In this document: one piece after another, positions 56,201-63,038 of the stretch
Layout: each line of letters starts with the position of its first letter
Position numbering within the stretch: position 1 is the stretch's first letter
Source: Paludibacteraceae bacterium
Lineage (GTDB): Bacteria; Bacteroidota; Bacteroidia; Bacteroidales; Paludibacteraceae
Assembly (NCBI GenBank): GCA_045118535.1
Contig: JBGUYG010000030.1
Span: 1-63,038, forward strand
Direction: 5' to 3'
DNA length: 63,038 bases
Translations under genes and position numbers: made by a program
The notes under the pieces: model-generated
What the model was told of the DNA's origin: nothing
The model's input: the letters and a program-made list of their open reading frames with translations, nothing else
The model's database searches: none

Positions 56201-57155
56201 CTATATGATTGATGTGCTGACCCGTTACGGTTCCCAACATAGTAAGTCCAAAGAAAAGATGGAAGGTTCGTTGTTTGGCGATATGGGTATGCAAGATACC
56301 GTCAAAAAACCTACTTTGCCGACCGTCAAGCCTATGCCCATCATCGAAAAACTCAACAAAGAAAAGGAAATGATTGAGGTTTATTTGAGTGCACACCCGT
56401 TGGACGATTACATCTTTGAAATCCAAAATAAATGCGACATCACCACCAAAGAGTTGCAGTACTTTGACACGTGGCGTTCCTTAGAGAATAGAATAAACGA
56501 GGAGAAATTAGACGAAAACTTCCTGCCGCCCCAAAAGTGGATTGAAAAATACGAGAATAAAACCCTCCATATCGGTGGCTTAATCATTTCGGGCGAAAAA
56601 CTGACCTCCAAAAAAGGTGCACTCTACGGCAAATACACCTTAGCCGACTATTCGGGCAACTGGACGTTCAATCTCTTCGGCGACAATTTCAAAAACTTCA
56701 ACCATTTGCTCGCCGAAAACACGTTCGTTTACATCACAGGCATCGTGCAGCAACGCAATAAAGATAAACCTTGGTTCAAGGAAAATAAATTTGAGGAAGC
56801 CGATTACGAATTTGCCATCAAAAGCATGGAAAAATTGGAGGACGTTCTGCCCAAATATGTCAATACGATTGTGCTGCGGCTCAAAAACGAAATCATCACG
56901 GACGAGTGGATGGAAGAGTTTGAAAAAATGTATCAATCCATCATGTACAACCCAAAAGCGAAGTATGACCGAAAAGTCGCACCCGTAAAAGTGCAGTTCC
57001 AAGTGAAAGACCAAACGGGCAAAAACACCGTGCAGATGCAATCTACCTTAGAACCGATTGTGCTGAATTACGCCTTTTACACGTGGCTCAAACAGCAAGA
57101 TAAAAAGAATGGCGTCAAGTATAAATTGCAGTTTATTGATCCTGAAAAAGAATAG
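53274..57155 (+). CDS. dnaE: DNA polymerase III alpha subunit
   Basis: PHP domain (FTHLHVHSHYSMLDG), the polymerase core (GPGRGSAAGS, PDIDTDF), an OB domain and extended C-terminus. Length is 1293 aa. Confidence 0.97.
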   Translation: MIFTHLHVHSHYSMLDGMSKIPDLVNKCLDTGMNAIALTDHGNMFGIKEFLDYCKKINKANKDKEGFVPFKPIVGVEAYCARRSRKNKDKNFKEVRNGKEIIVDYSGWHLILLAKNKVGYRNLCKLVSASYMEDSFYGKPRIDKDLLEQYHEGIICSSACLAGEVPQKILQKKLTEAEESIKWFKNLFGDDYYLELQRHHTTKENADTEVYEKQKIVVPMLVELGQKLGVKVIATNDVHFVEEEHAEAHDRLICLSTGRVMGDSNRMHYTKQEWLKMPEEMAEIFQDIPQAIANTQEIADKVEIYDIDSVPLMPVFPIPQDFGTEEEYRKKFTEQDLFNEFTRNEHGEVVLSEEEANKKITTLGGYDRLYRIKLEADYLEHLTMEGAKKRYGDNLTPEVQERIKFELHVMKTMGFPSYFLIVADYIRAAREELDVSVGPGRGSAAGSVVAYCLRITDLDPLEYNLLFERFLNPDRISLPDIDTDFDDYGREKVLDWVTKKYGVDHVAHIITYGTMAAKSAIADVGRVQQIPLTEVNRIKKLVPYKLSLAECYEKINEFKEIIQSGPEDIKTMLHYAAELEGTNRQVGIHACGVIIGPDDLTNFAPLATVEDKETGKRVVVTEYDGHVIESVGLIKMDFLGLTTLTIIKDCLALVQKTRGIKVDIDAIPHDDQKAFQLFRDGLTQGIFQFESDGMRHYLKSLQPTSIDDLIAMNALYRPGPMDYIPSYIKRKHGQEKITYDIPIMEQYLKDTYGITVYQEQVMQLSQLLAGFTRGQADTLRKAMGKKIASMLEDLKPKFLEGGKKNGHAEDKLNKIWADWEKFAEYAFNKSHAACYAWIAYQTAYLKAHYTAEFLAANLTNSKNNRDAMAVLLTDCKTFEIPVLPPDINESEVDFTVNEQGAIRFGLSGVKGVGEKVVDIILAERNKGGKYKDIYDFVERATNACNKGTMESLTYAGAFDSLGCKREQLVATNEQGDYMIDVLTRYGSQHSKSKEKMEGSLFGDMGMQDTVKKPTLPTVKPMPIIEKLNKEKEMIEVYLSAHPLDDYIFEIQNKCDITTKELQYFDTWRSLENRINEEKLDENFLPPQKWIEKYENKTLHIGGLIISGEKLTSKKGALYGKYTLADYSGNWTFNLFGDNFKNFNHLLAENTFVYITGIVQQRNKDKPWFKENKFEEADYEFAIKSMEKLEDVLPKYVNTIVLRLKNEIITDEWMEEFEKMYQSIMYNPKAKYDRKVAPVKVQFQVKDQTGKNTVQMQSTLEPIVLNYAFYTWLKQQDKKNGVKYKLQFIDPEKE

Positions 57156-57228
57156 ACGCTTTGGGAAGTTTGATACTTTTTTTGTAAAGTTTTGATAAAA
57201 AAATTATCTTCGCAAAAAAACGATAATA

Positions 57229-57663
57229 ATGGCAGAGATTATCAAACACGAAGGAGTGGTTACTGCAATTGTTAGTAGAGATAAAGAGCAAGATTTTTTT
57301 GGCATAGCGGATGTGCAGATTCTGCAGCAAGCAGGTTGTGAAGGGTGTAGTATCAAGTCAAATTGCTCGGTCTCGGGTGGGAAAGTGAAGAACATTGAGG
57401 CAAAAATGGCGGAAGATTTTCAGGTAGGCGATAAAGTGGAGGTGGTTATTACACAAGGATTAGCGTGGAAAGCACTTTTATTGGCTTATATCTTGCCGTT
57501 TTTGGTGCTCATTTTGGTTATTGTGGGCGTGGATTTTTTGATGAGCAATGAAACGATTGTGGGGTTGATTGGGATTTGTGCGATTGCGGTTTATTTTATT
57601 GTTTTACAGTTTTTTAAAGATAAATTACAAACAAGTTTTAGTATCGTGGCACATAAAATTTAA
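57229..57663 (+). CDS. RseC/MucC-family (SoxR-reducing system) membrane protein
   Basis: An N-terminal beta domain with a Cys cluster (CEGCSIKSNC) is followed by two TM helices. This is the typical small gene associated with rnf clusters. Confidence 0.7.
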   Translation: MAEIIKHEGVVTAIVSRDKEQDFFGIADVQILQQAGCEGCSIKSNCSVSGGKVKNIEAKMAEDFQVGDKVEVVITQGLAWKALLLAYILPFLVLILVIVGVDFLMSNETIVGLIGICAIAVYFIVLQFFKDKLQTSFSIVAHKI

Positions 57664-57668
57664 CGGCT

Positions 57669-59795
57669 ATGAAAAAGTTTATTTTAATTTCATTAGGCTT
57701 TGTTTTTGGTTTGAGCGTTGCTGCTAAGCAAATCTCATACGATGATGCACTTGCTGATGCAAGTTCGTTTTTTGCTCCACAAGCCTCTTCTCGCAAAGCC
57801 GTGAAAGGAATTTCGAAATCGCTTACGTTGGCTTATACCTTGAATCAACCGCAAAAAGATGTGCCAGCCTTGTATGTTTTCAATCGTGGAAAAAATGAAG
57901 GCTTTGTCTTGGTTGCGGCTGACGACCAATCCAAAAAGATTTTAGGTTACTCGTACACGGGTTCGTTTGATGCAACCGATATGCCCGAACATGTGCAGTT
58001 TTGGTTGGAGCGGTATGCTGAACAGATTCGTGTTTTGAGCGAAAACGGGGCTTTGTTTACCACCAATGCAAAAAAATATACGCCTGTTGAATCTTTGTTC
58101 GGAGGCGATGAAACGGGGATATTGTGGAATCAAACAGATCCGTGGCGATTGCAATGTCCTGAATTTGAAGTAAATGGAAACATGAAGCATGCTTACACAG
58201 GTTGTGTCGCAACGGCAGCTTCGCAAATTATGTTCTACCATAAATGGCCTGTAACAGGCAAAGGTAGTGTTTCATATACTTCTACACATAAAAAAACAGG
58301 TCAAACGGCTAAGATTACGGAAAATTTTTCGGAAGCAACCTACGATTGGGATAATATGTTGCCTGTTTATAAATCAGGGACATATACGACCGAGCAAGCA
58401 AATGCCGTTGCTCTTTTGTGCTATCATGTGGGTGCTGCTGCAAAAATGACATATTCGACCGATGCGAGTAGTGCTTCAACACAACAAATTGAAAAAGCCT
58501 TGCTTAAAAATTTTGATTACGATAATACATTAACTATCCATTTCTTGAACTACGATAACGAAAAACACTTTTTGTCCATTATACAAGATAATTTATTGGC
58601 AGGAATGCCAGTTTTTATACAAGGAAACAACATAAAAGGTGGTGGACATGCTTTTGTATGCGATGGAATGGATGAAAACGGATTGTTGCATATCAATTGG
58701 GGGTGGGGCGGTCTAAGTAATGGTTATTTTGAATTGACTAATTTAACTCCCTCTACACAAGGTGCAGGAGGTAGTGATTATGGATATACCGAAAATATCC
58801 AAATCCTGCATAATATCCAAAAACAGCAAGGTACAACGGATTCTATGCTTGTTATTACAACAGATTCAATATATGCTTCATCTTCTTTAACCCAACAAGG
58901 TTTAAAAAAAACAGAAAAAACAGCTCTTAAAATGGCTAACTTAGGACTTGTCAATCAAGGATATTGCGATTTTATGGCTTATTTTGGCATCGCACTTTTT
59001 GCGGATAATCCATCAACTCCTATTGTACGAAAAACCATAGCAAGTCCAAATTCCAACCTAAAAAGTCTCGCTAGCGGTCAGGGTTATAACACTGCTAATT
59101 TTACTTTTAAAGATACGGTCAAAAATATAGCAGAAGATTTGCCGATAGGCTGTTATGAATATACGTTTACAGTACGCAATAAAGAAAATACATTTCATCA
59201 ACCGATTTGGGTAAAAAAAGTCGGTATTGCTAAAAGTAAAGTGATTATCACAGAGGATTCTTTGTATTTTTATCCTATAAAAGTGAGTTCTTGGAGTACT
59301 GCTAATGAACCGACCTCACTCACATCAACGGTTAATCACGCAGATGAGCAAGTGCAACTATCGTGGACGGGTAACGAGGGTACCTTCCGCGTTTTTGTAT
59401 GGAACGAGAATAAGTTAAAGACCTATCTTGCGGAGGGGAACCAACTCACTATCCCTATGTGTGAGGACGGGACAAGATGGGCTGTTTTTCAAAGTGATGA
59501 GGTCTCAAAAACGGATGTCGCTCTAGCATTGTCGGACTTGGCTTTTGGGGATGCGATAGTGATTCAACATACGGCAACCTCCGTGGAGGATGTTGCTGTT
59601 TCAAAGACAGGGGTGAGCGTAAATGGCTCGCAAATCAACATCACAACCGAAGAGGCAGAAAGCATCGCCATTTACGATAGTTTAGGGCATCTTTTGTACC
59701 AAACCAAAGCAACGTATGCGTCTTTCCAAGCACCTTCTGCGGGCGTGTACATTGTCAAGATTGGTGCAAAAAAACATAAAATTTGGGTGAAGTGA
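57669..59795 (+). CDS. C10-family (streptopain-like) cysteine protease with T9SS-type C-terminal sorting domain
   Basis: Signal peptide, an I69-like propeptide (YVFNRGKNEGFVLVAADD), the catalytic Cys motif YTGCVATAASQIMFYHKWP, GGHAFVCDG (His), and a C-terminal beta-sandwich ending ...GVYIVKIGAKKHKIWVK. Confidence 0.85.
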   Translation: MKKFILISLGFVFGLSVAAKQISYDDALADASSFFAPQASSRKAVKGISKSLTLAYTLNQPQKDVPALYVFNRGKNEGFVLVAADDQSKKILGYSYTGSFDATDMPEHVQFWLERYAEQIRVLSENGALFTTNAKKYTPVESLFGGDETGILWNQTDPWRLQCPEFEVNGNMKHAYTGCVATAASQIMFYHKWPVTGKGSVSYTSTHKKTGQTAKITENFSEATYDWDNMLPVYKSGTYTTEQANAVALLCYHVGAAAKMTYSTDASSASTQQIEKALLKNFDYDNTLTIHFLNYDNEKHFLSIIQDNLLAGMPVFIQGNNIKGGGHAFVCDGMDENGLLHINWGWGGLSNGYFELTNLTPSTQGAGGSDYGYTENIQILHNIQKQQGTTDSMLVITTDSIYASSSLTQQGLKKTEKTALKMANLGLVNQGYCDFMAYFGIALFADNPSTPIVRKTIASPNSNLKSLASGQGYNTANFTFKDTVKNIAEDLPIGCYEYTFTVRNKENTFHQPIWVKKVGIAKSKVIITEDSLYFYPIKVSSWSTANEPTSLTSTVNHADEQVQLSWTGNEGTFRVFVWNENKLKTYLAEGNQLTIPMCEDGTRWAVFQSDEVSKTDVALALSDLAFGDAIVIQHTATSVEDVAVSKTGVSVNGSQINITTEEAESIAIYDSLGHLLYQTKATYASFQAPSAGVYIVKIGAKKHKIWVK

Positions 59796-59820
59796 AAAAT
59801 ATAGTTAAACATAAACATTG

Positions 59821-60672
59821 ATGGAATTAATTTTAATATCGTTAGGTGTTTTAGGTATAACGGGTTTGTTCGCAGCCATCGTGCTTTTCTTCGTTTCGAA
59901 GAAGTTCAACGTGGTTGAAGATGAGCGAATCGATGTTGTACAGGAAATGCTTCCGGGAGCCAACTGTGGTGGTTGCGGCTTCGCGGGCTGTCGTGCGTTT
60001 GCAACGGCGTGCGTGGGGGCTTCAACCTTAGAAGGGTTGGCGTGTCCGGTAGGTGGAAGTGAAACGATGCAAAAAGTCGGGAGTTTCCTCGGTTTAGCGG
60101 CTGTGGAGAGCGACCCGATGGTGGCAGTCGTGAGGTGTAATGGAACGTGTGAGGCACGACCCAAAACAAGTGAGTACAATGGAACAAAGACCTGTCAGAT
60201 TATGCACACGGTGTATGCTGGCGACACGGCTTGTCCGTTTGGCTGTTTAGGTTGTGGCGATTGCGTGAAGGCGTGTGCCTTTGGAGCTTTGTCTATAAAT
60301 CCCCAAACAGGTCTGCCCGTTGTAGATGAAGAAAAATGTACAAGTTGTGGAAAATGTGTCAAGGCATGTCCGCGTGGCATCATTGAAATCCGCAAGAAAG
60401 GCCCGAAGAGTCGGCGCGTGTTCGTTTCGTGTGTCAATAAAGACAAAGGAGCCGTTGCCCGTAAGGCTTGTAAAAATGCTTGTATCGGGTGCGGAAAATG
60501 CGAAAAAGAGTGCCAATTTGGAGCCATTAAAGTGGAAAATAACCTCTCCTACATTGACTTCAACGTGTGTCGTTTGTGCCGTAAGTGTGTGGCTGCTTGT
60601 CCAACCAATGCGATATGGGAAGTTAACTTTCCGCCTAAAAAAACTGATGTAGAACCTCAAAATCCTGCTTGA
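59821..60672 (+). CDS. rnfB: electron transport complex subunit RnfB
   Basis: N-terminal TM helix, a CGGCGFAGC cluster and several 4Fe-4S ferredoxin CxxCxxCxxxCP motifs. The track start at 59818 is TTG. Confidence 0.9.
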   Translation: MELILISLGVLGITGLFAAIVLFFVSKKFNVVEDERIDVVQEMLPGANCGGCGFAGCRAFATACVGASTLEGLACPVGGSETMQKVGSFLGLAAVESDPMVAVVRCNGTCEARPKTSEYNGTKTCQIMHTVYAGDTACPFGCLGCGDCVKACAFGALSINPQTGLPVVDEEKCTSCGKCVKACPRGIIEIRKKGPKSRRVFVSCVNKDKGAVARKACKNACIGCGKCEKECQFGAIKVENNLSYIDFNVCRLCRKCVAACPTNAIWEVNFPPKKTDVEPQNPA

Positions 60673-60674
60673 TT

Positions 60675-62015
60675 ATGCAAAATACGTTTTCTATAGGTGG
60701 TGTACACCCCAATGACTATAAGCAGTATTCTGCTCATAAGGCAATCATCGAAGTGCCTCTACCCAAAAGTGCGATTATCCCTATCGTGCAACATATTGGA
60801 GCCCCTGCGGAAGTGGTGGTGGAAAAAGGACAGAAGGTCAAAGTGGGCGACTTGTTAGCCAAAGCCAACGGCTTCGTTAGTGCCAATGTGCACTCGTCTG
60901 TGAGCGGTACGGTAGCAAAAATTGATACGATTTTGGACGCTTGGGGACTCAAAATGCCTGCTATCTTCATTGATGTGGAAGGCGACGAGTGGAACGAAAG
61001 CATTGACCGAAGTACTACGGTTATTTCGGAATGCAACTTGGACAGCAAACAAATCATCGACAAGATTACCCAAGCGGGTATCGTGGGTTTGGGTGGTGCT
61101 TGCTTCCCAACGCATGTGAAGTTGATGCCTCCACCCGACAAAAAAGCCGAAGTGTTGGTGGTTAATGGCGTGGAGTGCGAGCCGTATCTCACGTGCGACC
61201 ATCAGTTGATGTTGGAGCACGGCGAGGAGATTATGGTGGGTATCAAGATTTTGATGAAAGCCTTGAATATCAACAAAGCCATTATCGGTATTGAGAAAAA
61301 TAAACCTGACGCCATCGCCAAGATGCAAGAGTTGGCAAGCAAAGTGGATGGCGTGGAGGTTCGGGCTTTGAAGTTGAAGTATCCGCAAGGTGGCGAAAAA
61401 CAACTCATCGATGCTTGTATAGGTCGCCAAGTGCCTTCGGGAGCCTTGCCCATCGAGGTTGGAGCGGTGGTGGATAACGTGGCTACTATCTTTGCGGTTT
61501 ATGAAGCCGTACAGAAAAATAAACCCCTCATTTCGCGTGTGGTAACCATCACGGGTAAGTCGGTGCAGAAGCCAGGCAATTATCATGTCCGTTTCGGAAC
61601 TCCGCTGAACGAGTTGATAGAACTTGCGGGTGGCGTTCCTGCTGATACGGGCAAGATTATTGGTGGCGGTCCGATGATGGGTCGTGCGATGAGTAACATC
61701 AATATGCCTTCGAACAAACGTGTGAGTGGCTTACTCTTCTTGCAAGAAAGTGAAAGTCGCCGCATTGCACCGCAGGAATGTATCCGTTGTGCAAAGTGCT
61801 TAGACGCTTGTCCGATGGGCTTGGAACCGTATTTGCTCGCCAAATTCAGTGAAAGCCAGATGTGGGATAAGATGGAACAACACGACATTATGGATTGTAT
61901 CGAATGCGGTTGTTGCCAATTTACGTGTCCAAGTTATCGTCCTTTGTTGGACTATGTTCGATTTGGAAAATTCAAAGTAGGCGGTATTATCCGTGCAAGA
62001 CAAATAAAAAAATAG
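60675..62015 (+). CDS. rnfC: electron transport complex subunit RnfC
   Basis: GGVHP..., a GLGGA.FPT NADH/FMN-binding region, and two C-terminal ferredoxin motifs (CIRCAKCLDACP, CIECGCCQFTCP). The first ATG is at 60675. Confidence 0.9.
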   Translation: MQNTFSIGGVHPNDYKQYSAHKAIIEVPLPKSAIIPIVQHIGAPAEVVVEKGQKVKVGDLLAKANGFVSANVHSSVSGTVAKIDTILDAWGLKMPAIFIDVEGDEWNESIDRSTTVISECNLDSKQIIDKITQAGIVGLGGACFPTHVKLMPPPDKKAEVLVVNGVECEPYLTCDHQLMLEHGEEIMVGIKILMKALNINKAIIGIEKNKPDAIAKMQELASKVDGVEVRALKLKYPQGGEKQLIDACIGRQVPSGALPIEVGAVVDNVATIFAVYEAVQKNKPLISRVVTITGKSVQKPGNYHVRFGTPLNELIELAGGVPADTGKIIGGGPMMGRAMSNINMPSNKRVSGLLFLQESESRRIAPQECIRCAKCLDACPMGLEPYLLAKFSESQMWDKMEQHDIMDCIECGCCQFTCPSYRPLLDYVRFGKFKVGGIIRARQIKK

Positions 62016-62024
62016 AGAAAAGAT

Positions 62025-63023
62025 ATGGAACAATTGATAGTATCTCCTGCACCTCATCTTCATGCCAATGATAGTGTGCGTAAAAATATGCTTTTGGTCA
62101 TCATTGCTCTGTTGCCTGCGTGGCTCGTGAGTATTGTGGCATTCGGTTGGGGAGCATTGATAACAACGATTTTGAGTGTCGTTGCGTGTGTCGGTTTTGA
62201 GTGGGCAATCGCGAAGTTTTTGCTCAAACAAGAACCCACTATCTGCGATTTGTCGGCGGTTTTGACGGGCTTTTTGTTGGCGTTGAACTTGCCGAGCAAC
62301 CTGCCTTGGTGGATAGTGATTGTAGGTGCATTGGTTGCCATCGGTGTGGCGAAGATGTCGTTCGGTGGCTTGGGACAAAACTTCTTAAACCCTGCCTTGG
62401 TGGGTCGGGTGTTTTTGCTCATCAGTTTCCCCGTTCAGATGACCACTTGGCCGCTTCCACAGGGCTTTGCCACTTCGTATGTAGATGCCACGACGGGTGC
62501 TACTCCGTTGGCGTTGTTGAAGCAGATTGTGAAAAACGGCGATGGAACTCTTGTGAGCAAACTACCCGATGTGTGGGATATGTTCACGGGCTTCATCGGA
62601 GGTTCGTTTGGTGAAGTGAGTGCGTGTGCCCTGATTCTTGGTGGAGTCTTTTTAATCCTGACGCGGGTTATTACATGGCATATACCCGTAAGTATCTTGG
62701 CAACGGTGGCTTTGTTTGCGGCTTGTACGGGTTGGTTCGGTGGGCTTCCTGCTGAGTTACCTACCTGCACGTATGTTCTTACGACCTTGCTGACGGGTGG
62801 TATGCTGTTGGGAACCTTCTTTATGGCTACCGACTACGTTACGAGCCCTATGGCAAGTTCTGCAAAACTGATTTATGGCGTTGGCATCGGCGTTTTGGTG
62901 ATGGTTATTCGTACTTGGGGAGCGTATCCCGAAGGTATGTCGTTCGCTATTTTGCTGATGAATTCGTGTGTTCCTTTGTTAAATCAAATCCGTCCAAAGC
63001 GTTTTGGCGAAAAGAAAAAATAA
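62025..63023 (+). CDS. rnfD: electron transport complex subunit RnfD
   Basis: A polytopic membrane protein with a NqrB/RnfD-like sequence, including the FMN-attachment region (TGATPL). Confidence 0.9.
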   Translation: MEQLIVSPAPHLHANDSVRKNMLLVIIALLPAWLVSIVAFGWGALITTILSVVACVGFEWAIAKFLLKQEPTICDLSAVLTGFLLALNLPSNLPWWIVIVGALVAIGVAKMSFGGLGQNFLNPALVGRVFLLISFPVQMTTWPLPQGFATSYVDATTGATPLALLKQIVKNGDGTLVSKLPDVWDMFTGFIGGSFGEVSACALILGGVFLILTRVITWHIPVSILATVALFAACTGWFGGLPAELPTCTYVLTTLLTGGMLLGTFFMATDYVTSPMASSAKLIYGVGIGVLVMVIRTWGAYPEGMSFAILLMNSCVPLLNQIRPKRFGEKKK

Positions 63024-63029
63024 AAAACT

Positions 63030-63038
63030 ATGGCAAAG
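63030..63038 (+). CDS. first three codons (MAK) of the next gene, expected rnfG; truncated by the window end
   Basis: An ATG 6 nt after the rnfD stop, with gene order rnfB-C-D-(G). Only 9 nt are visible. Confidence 0.3.

Overview
This is a Bacteroidota (Bacteroidales-like) chromosomal segment. Supporting signs are TAnnTTTG -7 promoter boxes, BACON and GLPGLI proteins, a T9SS-type C-terminal domain, and little Shine-Dalgarno usage. It holds about 60 tightly packed genes, mostly housekeeping: sufCD, prs, rpoD, mtaB, fba, a CoA-transferase, recO, rsgA, galE, dnaE and rnfBCD(G). There are three canonical tRNAs (Pro-CGG, Arg-UCU, Glu-CUC), a TetR-TolC-MFP-RND efflux operon and two Wza/Wzc polysaccharide-export modules. 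Visibly AT-rich accessory islets carry a type II R-M cassette that displaced a dam-like gene, an AbiE toxin-antitoxin pair, GLPGLI/receptor modules, LRR and BACON lipoproteins, and a C10 protease. No integrase, transposase, reverse transcriptase or CRISPR array is visible. The most unusual locus is 10.5-13.4 kb on the minus strand, which looks like a self-contained transcription unit. It reads: consensus-like promoter, ~175-nt leader, a perfectly tRNA-shaped RNA whose anticodon loop is replaced by a 54-nt structured insertion, ~185-nt spacer, a 754-aa uncharacterised protein (Zn-ribbon + helical repeat region + TerD-like beta domain), then a terminator. I propose it as a candidate novel RNA-protein (Ro/Y-RNA-like or tRNA-mimic) system, with function unknown. 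Other items worth a second look are a ~183-nt multi-tier hairpin with 6S-RNA-like geometry at 37.1-37.3 kb, a small-ORF plus retropepsin-like protease pair, a tRNA-Glu ending 3 nt before the rsgA start codon, and two or three reading-frame breaks at homopolymer runs.
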